A stretch of DNA of 64,000 bases from Candidatus Bathyarchaeota archaeon (lineage in GTDB: Archaea > Thermoproteota > Bathyarchaeia > Bathyarchaeales > Bathycorpusculaceae), in assembly GCA_963832745.1 (NCBI GenBank), contig CAWHVC010000001.1, positions 224,001 to 288,000 of the forward strand. The letters run 5' to 3'. How positions within the stretch are numbered: the first letter of the stretch is position 1; each line of letters opens with the position of its first letter. Below are positions 18,501 to 27,501 of this stretch, in pieces. The position numbers and the translations under genes were made by a program. The notes under the pieces were generated by a model that saw only the letters and a list, made by a program, of their open reading frames with translations, searched no databases and had not been told where the DNA came from.

Positions 18501-18919
18501 CAATCAATAGAGCAATTGAAGAAGCAAAAAATCTAAGCCCCGACTTAAACAACATACAGATAGAAACTGAAAATGTAAACTTTGAAGCCTTAGCTGACTC
18601 TGCCTTAACTGAAATATTCCATAATCTCATCGACAACTCCATCAAGTACGGTAAAAACTTGACCTTAATCCGAATTTTCAGTCAAAAAAATGATAAAGGC
18701 AATATAGACCTAATTTATGAAGACAATGGAGTCGGAATTGACCCCCAAATTAAGCCTCGCCTTTTTCAGAAAGGAGCGGGAAAAGGAACTGGTTTGGGCG
18801 TTTACTTGATTCAACAAATCTGCTACATTTATGGCTGGCGAGTTTTCGAAAATGGTGAACAAGGGAAAGGCGTACGTTTTATAATTGAAATTCCTCAAGA
18901 ACGAACACGCAAACTATAA
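15578..18919 (+). CDS. Hybrid sensor histidine kinase (REC - multiple PAS - HisKA/HATPase)
   Basis: LHVDD/SDYDMP receiver, about 6 PAS repeats, RHDVRN H-box, NLIDNS, EDNGVG, GTGLG. Confidence 0.95.
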   Translation: MLSSSREIRVLHVDDEKAFLDLAKTILSDEGPFNIETATSVDTAFTKLQNNNFDIIISDYDMPQKNGLDFLKLLREKGYATPFILFTGKGREEIVVQALNMGVDRYISKHGEPKTVYTELSVCIRQLHEKIMAQKLLWESEERFKQMVTNSKDLIMLTGANGVIIYLSPSCKDILGYEPIELIGKIPWITHPDDLERVQKIFQLALTTQLNDSAEYRIVTKRGETKWVNHSFSQIIENGKIKQIVSTVKDITEAKIAQAKLIESEERFRLVVENSPIMMANLNRNLQYTWIHNPLINPLSSENVLGKHFGEAVDMDDCEEIREALHELIVTGGSIRREATIHINKETCFLECYFEAAKNQKGEVTGIRYTAYDVTQRRQMAAQLKSLEERWNFALEGAGQGVWDFNVQTNSVFLSRKWKKILDYEEHEFTNDFKEWQNRLHPEDKESAIEDIMNYCAGKTSSYVKEYRLLAKDGTYKWIFSQGNIMARTTNGKPSRVIGTIMDITKHKQSENAIKESEAKFSAAFNSSGAAMTITRLEDGLILEVNDCFLETFGYTREEVIGKTAQMLHLYADMNERQKIVELTLKSNSVVNREVKGLKKDKTEVTALFSTKMVYLKGQKNLVTTLIDISSLKKIENSLYLRQKELENLIAMAPDSVTVIDLEGKIIECNELSCKTFGYTREEMIGSYGANFVVERDRNTLENEMRNAVCDKQVHTSIFTGKCRNGNEIAVEGSVKATFDNNGSPTGFIAIIRDITERNLAERKLQESEERYRFMAEHAQDIITVTDVRGNFLFVSPSIKRLAGFTPDELKGKKGMLTCIHVDDLPLLTSKIQEAMTNNVAQVEVRFLTKCGSFIWLETNISTVKDTAGETRFISISRDMTQRRIDREERDQALAKAELLLEKLSVVGGFVRHDVRNKLAAITSTLYLSKKYANDNQNMLKQVEQIGYAADNIEHILEFAQTYEAVGSRGLSWCAINRAIEEAKNLSPDLNNIQIETENVNFEALADSALTEIFHNLIDNSIKYGKNLTLIRIFSQKNDKGNIDLIYEDNGVGIDPQIKPRLFQKGAGKGTGLGVYLIQQICYIYGWRVFENGEQGKGVRFIIEIPQERTRKL

Positions 18920-18959
18920 CAAACTAAATTAAAAAAATAATACTGATGGATGTTTGGGC

Positions 18960-20420
18960 TTATTCCCCGTGGCCGCTCTTTGATTTTCCCATGACGAAAT
19001 GCAATATTTCGGGGAACCCAATCAGCAATAGCACAACGAGGGCTTCAGCCGTTTTTTCAACATAAAATAGGCCTGTTGCCAGCACTATTAGCGCCCAAAT
19101 TGGAAAATAGAGGAAGCAAAATCGGTCTTTAGAAATAACTTTCTGCCTGAAACCTACTACAAGAATAGCGAATGTTGCCAAGTAAATTCCAAATAGGCTT
19201 GCGGCTAAAGAGAATTCAATGCCAGCAGACTCCGTTAAATAGGAGATGCCGAGTAAAGAAAAGCCGATAACGGGCAAGAGCCACACGAGGAATTTTCCGC
19301 TGGCATAAACGCTGGTTTGTTTGCGTGGCGAAAAAATTACGGGCAGAGACTTTAGCATTCCGGCTTTTTCGACAATTGCCAGTTTGCCACTCATTACTGA
19401 AACGTACTCGTCAAGATGTTCCTGCAGGTAAGCTTGTGAATCTAAAAGACCTCGCAGGTACTGAACTGAAGCCCAAGGTCTAATATCCAAATGCCCAATG
19501 GAGACACTGGTCATTTCTTTACCCTCTTTAAAGACGTCATATTTCTTAAGCGTCTCTGTAGCGTCGATAATTTGTTTTATTTCAACTTCACGCGAAAGAG
19601 TTCTTGCAAAAGTAACAAGCAAAGAAACAGCCAACGGCGAGGTAAACCAAGAAAGCCGCTGGTCTAAACCTTCCCCGAAATACTTCAAAGTGTAACTTTC
19701 TTGGATAGTGGACCAAGTGCCTTGATTTTGGAATTCTTCATTTATTACTTTTAAGGCGTCTTTGAAGTCTTTGGGCGGCTCTCCTAACGACAGCAATACA
19801 CTGACGGCTTGGCAGGTGCTTGCAATGTTTGTTTCTTTAGCGTTTTGTGAGAAACCCCAAAGTCCATTTTTGTTTTGAACCGTTTTTAACCATGCAATAC
19901 CGCTTTGAATTGCCGCCTCAACCCGTTCTTCAGATGTTATTTCTTTAGCTTTTTTTAAAGCAAGCAAAGTTAGGCTGGTTGCAGAAACAAGGCTGTCTTC
20001 ATACTTCCAGATGCCCCAGCCATAATCGTCATTTTGATTCTCTAAAAGCCACTCTTTAGCTTTAGTTATGGCATCCAAGACTTCAGGGTCACTAGCGAAA
20101 GGAGCTAAAGCAACTATTGCTATAGCGGTTGTGTCAACAAAACTGTTGCCTTTATTAATTAAGGGCCAACCGTCACCATAGTCTCCACCAAGGTTTCGGT
20201 GTCTTAGAAGCCAATCTTTTGCTCTTTGAACACGATTATCCGAAGGCGCCAACAGTTTGTATTTTATTATTGTATAAAGAGTTTCAGCGGTTGTCCAAAC
20301 TCCACCCATGTCATGTATGTTTTCGGCTGGAAATCCGCCGTCGTCATTGTCGTCTGGATGGTTGATTTGCCAGTTTAAGACTTCTTCTTGTTTTCTTTTA
20401 ACCCAATCCAAGTAAACCAA
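18960..20420 (-). CDS. Prenyltransferase/squalene-cyclase-repeat (alpha/alpha barrel) protein with C-terminal TMs
   Basis: QW-like repeats WLLENQNDDYGWG, WLKTVQNKNGLWG; about 4 C-terminal TM. Confidence 0.8.
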   Translation of the reverse strand: MVYLDWVKRKQEEVLNWQINHPDDNDDGGFPAENIHDMGGVWTTAETLYTIIKYKLLAPSDNRVQRAKDWLLRHRNLGGDYGDGWPLINKGNSFVDTTAIAIVALAPFASDPEVLDAITKAKEWLLENQNDDYGWGIWKYEDSLVSATSLTLLALKKAKEITSEERVEAAIQSGIAWLKTVQNKNGLWGFSQNAKETNIASTCQAVSVLLSLGEPPKDFKDALKVINEEFQNQGTWSTIQESYTLKYFGEGLDQRLSWFTSPLAVSLLVTFARTLSREVEIKQIIDATETLKKYDVFKEGKEMTSVSIGHLDIRPWASVQYLRGLLDSQAYLQEHLDEYVSVMSGKLAIVEKAGMLKSLPVIFSPRKQTSVYASGKFLVWLLPVIGFSLLGISYLTESAGIEFSLAASLFGIYLATFAILVVGFRQKVISKDRFCFLYFPIWALIVLATGLFYVEKTAEALVVLLLIGFPEILHFVMGKSKSGHGE

Positions 20421-20596
20421 GCAGTATCACATGTGGAATCTGCAATCTTGCCGCTACAGATTAAGCAGTAAAAGCTACTGGCTGGATTATAAACATTAAT
20501 GATTTGCAATCCATGCGCTAAAAGCCAAAAGTAGCTGACAAATTTTTTCGGCGCTATTAATGGCAAAGCCCGTTGTTGTTGAAATCTTGGCTCTTT

Positions 20597-20664
20597 TACC
20601 AACCTATTTGGATCCTAATAGCATTTGTATGCTGAAACCTATAGAGGGTAGGTCCGTAATGACC
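20597..20664 (-). repeat. Dispersed intergenic repeat, copy B
   Basis: Reverse complement reads GACCTACCCTCTATAGGTTTCAGCATAC...CTATTAGGATCCAAATAGG. Confidence 0.8.
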
Positions 20665-20777
20665 CTTTTTCAAGCCAAATAAAACAACCTTAAAATGGGT
20701 ATTATTGCCGAGTGGGTTTAAAGAAAGTGTTATTAGTTTAATTGTTCACGTTTTTCCGTGTTTAGGATGGAATTGCG

Positions 20778-21440
20778 ATGCTAATTGCAGGCGTTGACGA
20801 GGCTGGACGAGGATGCATTATTGGTCCTTTAGTCGTTGCTGGTATCGCAGTTGAAAATGAACAATTACCCACTCTGATGGCGCTTGGCGTTAAAGACTCC
20901 AAACTTTTAACAGCAAAAAAACGTGAAACCCTATACGACGAAATCGTAAAGATTACTCAAACCTTCAAAATCGTCAAGTTGCCTCCGTTAGAAATCGACA
21001 AAGCAGTTGAATGCCAACGGCGCCTGCATAAACTCAACCGTCTGGAAGCCCAAACCATGGCGCAAGTCATCGAGGCCCTAAACCCGCATGAGGCTTATGT
21101 TGACGCGGCAGACATACTGGAAAAAAGGTTTGCAACCCACATAAGAGAATGCCTAACTGTTAAAACAAAAATAATTTCACGTCACAAAGCAGACGTAATC
21201 TTCCCGATTGTTTCAGCAGCATCAATTATAGCAAAAGTGGAACGTGATAGAGAGATCGAAACTTTACGGGGTGAATTTGGTGACTTCGGCAGCGGTTACA
21301 TGCATGACGAAAAAACCAAGATTTTCATTACCGAATGGATAAAAATCAATAAGGACTACCCATTGTGTGTCCGAAAATCGTGGAAGCCAGCCAAAAAAGC
21401 ATTAATTGACAGGGATAATCCCCAGCAGAAACTGTTTTAA
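20778..21440 (+). CDS. rnhB: Ribonuclease HII
   Basis: GVDEAGRG, VKDSK, VSAASIIAKV, DFGSGY. Confidence 0.97.
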   Translation: MLIAGVDEAGRGCIIGPLVVAGIAVENEQLPTLMALGVKDSKLLTAKKRETLYDEIVKITQTFKIVKLPPLEIDKAVECQRRLHKLNRLEAQTMAQVIEALNPHEAYVDAADILEKRFATHIRECLTVKTKIISRHKADVIFPIVSAASIIAKVERDREIETLRGEFGDFGSGYMHDEKTKIFITEWIKINKDYPLCVRKSWKPAKKALIDRDNPQQKLF

Positions 21441-21447
21441 CCCTTTT

Positions 21448-22455
21448 TTAGGCGCTGGCGATTAACTCTTCGGGTGACCGCAAAACACGCAGATCTTCCA
21501 CTGTGAAACAGGACAAGTCCAGTTTAGCGTTTTTCTTGTTTTCAGTTATCAACACAGGGTAAGCGTAGACTACTCGGCAAATGCTCAAAATTTCCTCAAC
21601 TCTACTGTTAAGGTCTGGTTCGTCTGATGAAGCCACGCCACCAATTATGAGGTAATTTTCGTTTGGCACACTCAAGATAAAATCAAAAGGTGCCTTATGG
21701 ATGGGTGATATGTCGCAAGCGCTGAATTTTCTGAAAACCTGCCGAAGCAAAAGTTTAGTCATCAAATCATGCTTGGATTTTGGCAGTAAGCATTGAGGTG
21801 GTCGCCGAGTTTTTGCCAAAATGTTAATTGGTTTAACAACGGGGACTCCTAAAGTTTCAGCGAGTTTGTAAGCTGAAGAAACGGATGCTTTTGCCATGCC
21901 TCGTTCATATCCATAAAGCGTTCTACGTGAAACCCCAACCATAGTTGCTAATTGACCAATTGATAACCCCAACTCTTTTCTTCGACGCTCAACCAATGCG
22001 CCATCAACCTGAACCGTGTATCCACCGGGGGTGGCATAAATCAGCGGATTTCCCGTTTGCATGGCGATGCCTTTTATTGTTTTTTCGTTTACCACGTGAA
22101 CGTTGTTTCTTTTGTAAACCGTGTCGTCTTCAAGTGGTTTTCCATGCGCTAATTGGCTAACAATTAACGCTGAGGCCGGTACTCTGCTGGCAATAACTTT
22201 TAGTTCCCGCAAATCGGTAGTTGAAAAAGCGCCAATTTCTGAAGCAACCTTGAGCAGAACAGTAATATCTCGTTTTTTTGCTGCAAAATCAAAACAGCTT
22301 ACTCTTGAACTGCATATCTGAGAAACTTCAAAACCTGACTCTTTTAACGCGGCGCCGAGATGAATCGCGTTTTCCATTTCCCAGTGGTTCATTGTACTGC
22401 TCACAAGCCAATACACTATATAGCTGAAAAATATAAACCATACTTGCCCAAACAA
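21448..22455 (-). CDS. Archaeal HTH transcriptional regulator (COG1395-like)
   Basis: SCFDFAAK, LEDDTVYKR, GGYTV, Cro-type HTH LGLSIGQLA..GVSRRTLYGYERG; true start probably near MENA. Confidence 0.88.
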   Translation of the reverse strand: MFGQVWFIFFSYIVYWLVSSTMNHWEMENAIHLGAALKESGFEVSQICSSRVSCFDFAAKKRDITVLLKVASEIGAFSTTDLRELKVIASRVPASALIVSQLAHGKPLEDDTVYKRNNVHVVNEKTIKGIAMQTGNPLIYATPGGYTVQVDGALVERRRKELGLSIGQLATMVGVSRRTLYGYERGMAKASVSSAYKLAETLGVPVVKPINILAKTRRPPQCLLPKSKHDLMTKLLLRQVFRKFSACDISPIHKAPFDFILSVPNENYLIIGGVASSDEPDLNSRVEEILSICRVVYAYPVLITENKKNAKLDLSCFTVEDLRVLRSPEELIASA

Positions 22456-22524
22456 CTGTTTAGTTAAAAAAAATAGTTTGTTTAATTCAAACTGTTGCCT
22501 ACTGTTTTGCCTAATTGCTGTTGT

Positions 22525-23448
22525 TTATTCTTTTGGGCATGCAACTGCTGTGTTTTTGTAAGTGAATTCTTTGCAGAAATCCCAAAAAACTACGCAGCCT
22601 TTTACAAGAGGCTTTTTGGGTTTTGCCATGTACAATTTGCGAGTGTTTTTTGCTTCAACAATTTTTACAGTTCTTACAAGACCAGCTGCTTGAGCTTTTG
22701 CTGCTGCAATAGATGAAATTATGCTTATTCCATGTGCTTCTGAAACAGCCGTTATTACTGATTCAGTGCTGCCTAACTCTAAAGCTACCTCAAGCTTAGA
22801 AACTGGAACATTGTTGACTTTAAGCAAGTTTTCAACTTCTTTTCTGGTACCAGAAGTTTCTTCACGACCAACAAATGGGTACTGTAAAATGTCATTTAGT
22901 TTAGCTATCTTACAATCAGCCAGTTTATGGTTGCAAGGAGTAATAAGAACCAACTGTTCCTCACCGACCTGCAGAAAATCAAATTTATCCTCAAACCCCA
23001 AAATCGTTCCCACAGCTGCAAAATCTGCCGCGCCAGCCTGTAAACTATTAAGGCTAGTTAGGCTGTCTTGAGCAGTTATTTTGAACTTCATTTTTGGGTG
23101 GAGCTTTTGAAATTCTGAAATCAAGCTTGGAATAATATGCTCTTCAGGAATTGTGCTTGCAACAATACGGATGACTCCTGAAAGGACCTCTTTGGTTGCA
23201 GAAATTTTTGCTTTGGCATCTTCAGCTTCTTGAAGTATGCGTTCGGCCGTAGCTTTTATGATGGCTCCTTCTTCAGTGACATCTACGCCTGCTATTGTGC
23301 GCTTAAAAAGTTCAGCTCCAAAATATTCTTCAAGTGCAGCAACTTGGTGACTTACGGTGCCTTGACTAGTTTTAAGTTCTTTTGCTGCCAACGAGAAACT
23401 GTGTGTCCTAGCGACTGTTAGGAATGTTGTTAAGTAGTCAAACCTCAT
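22525..23448 (-). CDS. LysR family regulator (CysL-like / selenium-metabolism-associated type)
   Basis: SFSLAA...SQGTVS..V..LE HTH; ASTIP, REETSGTR, ELGSTESV. Confidence 0.93.
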   Translation of the reverse strand: MRFDYLTTFLTVARTHSFSLAAKELKTSQGTVSHQVAALEEYFGAELFKRTIAGVDVTEEGAIIKATAERILQEAEDAKAKISATKEVLSGVIRIVASTIPEEHIIPSLISEFQKLHPKMKFKITAQDSLTSLNSLQAGAADFAAVGTILGFEDKFDFLQVGEEQLVLITPCNHKLADCKIAKLNDILQYPFVGREETSGTRKEVENLLKVNNVPVSKLEVALELGSTESVITAVSEAHGISIISSIAAAKAQAAGLVRTVKIVEAKNTRKLYMAKPKKPLVKGCVVFWDFCKEFTYKNTAVACPKE

Positions 23449-23621
23449 TTTTTGGCTCCTGTGTTGTGTTGAAAGGTTAATTGCTTGTTATATAATTGTA
23501 TAATACTGTGCTGTATTGTTATTTAAGCCCAACTTTATTGTTAAGCTTGAGTTTTAGAAAGGAAAATGTTAAATTAACAAATTTGATTTAGATTATTAAT
23601 TAAATTTCAGAGGCTCTAAAA

Positions 23622-23972
23622 ATGACAACATTCACTATAGTAATTTATGACGCCCCCATTGCAAAAGAACGCGCCCTATCCGCATTAAGATTCGCATGGA
23701 CAGCCGACCTTGAAGGTCACAAAGTAAGACTTTGGCTTTTCGAAAACGGCGTCTATCTGGCAAAGAAAAATCAGAAGCCAGCACAAGGCTTAACCAATTA
23801 TGGCCAAATGCTTGAAGACTTAGTTAAGGGCGGCGTCGAAGTGAAAGCCTGTGTCGTCTGTGCCGAAGCAAGAGGCATAGCTTCAACTGAACTTATTGAC
23901 GGCGTTAAGCTTGCAACAATTCATGAACTTGTAGAATGGACCGCTAATAGTGACAAAGTGATTACTTTCTAG
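23622..23972 (+). CDS. DsrE/TusD-like sulfur relay protein
   Basis: LFENGV, ACVVCAEARG, SDKVITF. Confidence 0.9.
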   Translation: MTTFTIVIYDAPIAKERALSALRFAWTADLEGHKVRLWLFENGVYLAKKNQKPAQGLTNYGQMLEDLVKGGVEVKACVVCAEARGIASTELIDGVKLATIHELVEWTANSDKVITF

Positions 23973-23982
23973 AGGAATTGCC

Positions 23983-24207
23983 TTGAGTATTGAAAAATTG
24001 GATGTTAAAGGCAAAATGTGCCCCATGCCGGTGGCTTTAACTAAACGAAAACTCGCAGAAATGCAGTCTGGGCAAACGCTTGAAGTTGTTGGTGAAGGGG
24101 AACTTGAATTCGACAATATTCAACGTTGGCTAAAAAACAACGGACAAGAAATTGTTGAAGCATCAAAGACTGGCAGCGAGTTTCGGATACTGGTTAAGAA
24201 GTCTTAA
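23983..24207 (+). CDS. tusA: TusA/SirA family sulfur carrier
   Basis: LDVKGKMCPMP motif. Confidence 0.9.
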   Translation: MSIEKLDVKGKMCPMPVALTKRKLAEMQSGQTLEVVGEGELEFDNIQRWLKNNGQEIVEASKTGSEFRILVKKS

Positions 24208-24353
24208 AACGGCAAAGATGAGTTCGGTTTCGGCAGTTGAGTGCCGTATTTTTATTCCATTTTTTCATCTATTTTTTTAATAGTGATTATTAAATATTTA
24301 AATAATGTCAGATTGATTATAGCCTTAACTAATTCTAAGAGAGTGGGGATATT

Positions 24354-25643
24354 ATGTCAGAAAAATACGGTGAAATGTACAAAACCCTTGACATGAACAT
24401 AGAAAAACACGACCAACTCCTAAACATATTAGGCCAATACTACACTGCAGTTTATTTAAACCAAAAAAACAGACCTAAAAAAATGGATTATTTTGATTTC
24501 GTAGTCTCAGAAGTTCATGGGCTGCGAATCAAAGAATTAAACGATCTGCGAGCTCAAGGCAAAAAAGTGGTTGGAGCATTCTGCGTTTACGCGCCAGAAG
24601 AAATCGCCTACGCAGCCGACGCAAGCATGGTTGGCCTCTGTGGAGGCGCAGACTTTTCGGTTCCAGACGCGGAAACGGTAATCCCCCGAAACCTGTGCCC
24701 ACTAATCAAATCTTTCTACGGTTTCAGGCTAAACGGAACCTGTCCATATTTCCAATCAAGCGACCTCGTAGTCGGCGAAACCACTTGCGATGGCAAAAAG
24801 AAAGTCTATGAACTCTTAAACGACCTTATCCCAACATACGTAATTGAAATTCCACATAAACCGGATACCCAACGTGGTAAAGAGTTTTGGCTAAAAGAGG
24901 TTGAAGATTTCAAAACAGAAATAGAAAAATTAACAGGCAACAAAATTACAGAAGAAAAACTAAAAGCGGCAATCGAACTTATCAACAATAAACGTAAAGC
25001 TTTGCAGCGCTTGAACAGTTTACGCCAAAAAAAGCCAGCTCCAATCAGTGGATTAGATGCGCTCTTGATTAGTCAAATTAGCTTTAACGATGATCCTGTT
25101 CGTTTCACTGCAAAAGTCAATGAATTATGTGATGAGCTTGAAGAACGTGTCCGTAACAGTGTCGGTGTGGAATCTCCAGATGCGCCTCGTTTGATGGTTT
25201 CTGGTTGTCCCATGGCTATTCCTAACTGGAAGCTTCATAGCATCATCCAAGATTTAGGTGCTTCAGTTGTTGTTGAGGAAAGCTGTGTTGGCACACGGTA
25301 CTTTACTGATTTGGTTGAACCGAAAAGCGACAAGATGGAAGACCTGCTTTGGGCTATCGTTGAGAAATATAGTAAAATTCCCTGCGCATGCTTTACACCA
25401 AATGACAAAAGAATCGAAAATGTCAAGCAACTTGCCAAGGACCATGGAGTTGACGGCGTAATCTATTATACACTGCAGAACTGTCATGACTACAACGTGG
25501 AAGCAGTTAAAGTTGAACGCGCCTTAAAAGCAACAGATTTGCCTATGCTGAAAATTGAAACCGATTACACAATGGGTGATTCTGAACAAATAAAAACACG
25601 CGTTGAAGCTTTCCTTGAAATAATTCAAGGCAAAAAACAATAA
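24354..25643 (+). CDS. Double-cubane cluster protein / 2-hydroxyacyl-CoA dehydratase subunit D family
   Basis: FCVYAPEE, GLCGG, NLCPLIKS, CPYF, GETTCDGKKK, EESCVG, CACF, NCH, IETDY, TRVEAF. Confidence 0.9.
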   Translation: MSEKYGEMYKTLDMNIEKHDQLLNILGQYYTAVYLNQKNRPKKMDYFDFVVSEVHGLRIKELNDLRAQGKKVVGAFCVYAPEEIAYAADASMVGLCGGADFSVPDAETVIPRNLCPLIKSFYGFRLNGTCPYFQSSDLVVGETTCDGKKKVYELLNDLIPTYVIEIPHKPDTQRGKEFWLKEVEDFKTEIEKLTGNKITEEKLKAAIELINNKRKALQRLNSLRQKKPAPISGLDALLISQISFNDDPVRFTAKVNELCDELEERVRNSVGVESPDAPRLMVSGCPMAIPNWKLHSIIQDLGASVVVEESCVGTRYFTDLVEPKSDKMEDLLWAIVEKYSKIPCACFTPNDKRIENVKQLAKDHGVDGVIYYTLQNCHDYNVEAVKVERALKATDLPMLKIETDYTMGDSEQIKTRVEAFLEIIQGKKQ

Positions 25644-25704
25644 ACCCTTTTTGGGTTTAAACTTTATACCAATTAAGAACCTTAACATTTTGGAGGAAAA
25701 AAGT

Positions 25705-26730
25705 TTGAGTTACAGGTTAACCAAAGTTGTACCCATTCATGGATGCAGTTGCAAGCTCCCCCAGTACCAGCTTGGCGGATTGCTGGAAAAGGCAGGCTTA
25801 TCCGGAGGATACGGCGAAGACGTTTTGGCAGGCGCATGGGAAAACAGCAGCGTAGTAAAAATCACCGATAAGCTCGCAGTTTTAAATACGCTTGATTTTT
25901 TCACGCCCATGGTTGATGAACCAGAAATTCAAGGTAGAATCGCTGGAAGCAACGTTACAAGCGACATTTACACTTTAGGCGTAACTAACATTGCAAGTTT
26001 ACTTACCATAATGGCTTATCCTGAAAACATGCCCGATGAATTGGCTGTTGGAATGCTCAAAGGTTTAGGAGATTTTTGTCGCGAAATGGATATTCCGCTT
26101 GTTGGTGGACATACTATACGCAACCCTTGGCCAATTATCGGCGGCGCGGCAACGGGTATTGGTGAAGTTGGTAAAATCGTTTATACTCGCGGAGCGCAAG
26201 TGGGTGACCGACTGTTTTTGACTAAACCTTTGGGAATTGCACCTGCAATGGCTGCTTACCGTCTACGCAAGGAGGAAGAGGGTAAAGAATTGCTTGTTGA
26301 CGTCCCAGCGGACCTTGTTGAGGAAGCCGTTAACAAGGCAATTGAGGGCATGATTACTTCTAACAAGCCTGTAGCAGAAGTAATGCAGAAAGTACCAGTC
26401 CATGCAGCCACCGATATCACCGGTTTTGGGCTAAAAGGACACTCAGCAAACATGGCAATGCTGGGAAAAGTCGACATAATAATCAACAACCTCTATGTAA
26501 TTCCTGGTACGCCTATGTTGTCAGAACTTTTCGGTTATCCTTTGTTAACTGGTGAAGCTAAAGAAACTGCAGGCGGCATTTTGATGGCAGTTGCGGATGA
26601 AGATGCCGATGCCTTGCAAAGCGAGCTTGAAGGGTGTAAAGTGCGGTTCTGTGAGGTCGGTTATGTGGCGGCTGGCGAAGGCGTTGTTCATATTCAGAAA
26701 GACGCGAGAGTAACTGAAGCTAAAGCTTAA
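25705..26730 (+). CDS. selD: Selenide, water dikinase (selenophosphate synthetase), Cys form
   Basis: GCSCK, DFFTP, SDIY, GGHT, LTKPLG, TDITGFGL.GH; TTG start after GGAGG. Confidence 0.93.
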   Translation: MSYRLTKVVPIHGCSCKLPQYQLGGLLEKAGLSGGYGEDVLAGAWENSSVVKITDKLAVLNTLDFFTPMVDEPEIQGRIAGSNVTSDIYTLGVTNIASLLTIMAYPENMPDELAVGMLKGLGDFCREMDIPLVGGHTIRNPWPIIGGAATGIGEVGKIVYTRGAQVGDRLFLTKPLGIAPAMAAYRLRKEEEGKELLVDVPADLVEEAVNKAIEGMITSNKPVAEVMQKVPVHAATDITGFGLKGHSANMAMLGKVDIIINNLYVIPGTPMLSELFGYPLLTGEAKETAGGILMAVADEDADALQSELEGCKVRFCEVGYVAAGEGVVHIQKDARVTEAKA

Positions 26731-26781
26731 CTGGAGCCTTTCAAACAACCTTTTTTTAACTTGCTAATTGGGTGAAAAAGC

Positions 26782-26836
26782 GCCATTAGGACCTACCCCT
26801 CTTAGGTTTCTGCATACAACCTCTAATAGGCTCCAA
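26782..26836 (+). repeat. Dispersed intergenic repeat, copy C
   Basis: GACCTACCCCTCTTAGGTTTCTGCATAC...CTAATAGGCTCCAA. Confidence 0.75.
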
Positions 26837-26970
26837 TTTTGCGGCTATTTGTGATTTTGTTTTTCTATCGGTGGAGATTTTTGCGCTTGTATCATTTGGT
26901 ACTAAATTGTACAATATTGCATCAGATTTGTCGCAATCTATAAACACTAGTTTTTTCTTTAAACTTATTT

Positions 26971-27213
26971 GCAGGCTTGGGAGCAAGCTTTAGATGCAAT
27001 GCAGTGAGGCACAGAAGCGTGCTGATTAAAATCAGCGAAAAATCAGTGCGCGATTGAGACTTTGCCTCTTTGGGCTGAAATCGTTGCAGAATGTTGAATG
27101 CATCTAAGCCGTGAAGCGACAGATAAAGAAACGGCGATTAGAAGTCTGTTGCGTCGTCGAAGACACTGTTTAGGTGAGCCGTCTATCAACAATAAGGCTC
27201 AGACTAAGCCTGC
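26971..27213 (+). ncRNA. Candidate large structured non-coding RNA of unknown class
   Basis: Closing stem GCAGGCTTGG/CTAAGCCTGC plus at least 6 nested helices with G-U pairs on the + strand only; TATAAA at 26939-44; no ORF. Confidence 0.65.
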
Positions 27214-27501
27214 TCACAATTAGGAAGTGGATCAAAGAATTCAACCAAAAAGAGGTTTGAAGATTTTTGATATTCCACTTTTTTCTAATTTTATCAAAAT
27301 TTTGGAAATCGCAAGTTTTTTTAATCCACTTAGCCCTAACTTTTACTTAGGCCTTAAAAGAAATGAAAATTCCAAGTTCATATCTTTCCTTTGTTTTTCT
27401 TTGTTGGTATTAGCATTCTTTTTTGTTTTGCCTGTTCACGCATCTGTTTCTTGGAGAGTCATAATCGCTACTGTAATATCATTAGCTTTAGTTTGGAGAC
27501 A

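Noticed and set aside
24209-24247. Hairpin ACGGCA...ATGA...TGA...TGCCGT after tusA as a SECIS element
   Set aside because: The upstream genes end in TAG/TAA and have no in-frame UGA; the upper helix is weak and lacks archaeal GAA/A or eukaryotic AAR features. More likely a terminator or stability hairpin
25705-26730. SelD or neighbouring genes as selenoproteins
   Set aside because: The active-site codons are TGC (GCSCK); no Cys-position TGA was found in the cluster
26971-27213. Structured element as SRP RNA, a second RNase P RNA or a MITE
   Set aside because: No helix-8 GNRA/AGCAG or Alu UGUNR motif; RNase P-like words (ACAGAAG, GAAACGGC) are in the wrong order and a canonical rnpB exists at 34720; no target-site duplication, and G-U-biased stems argue against a MITE
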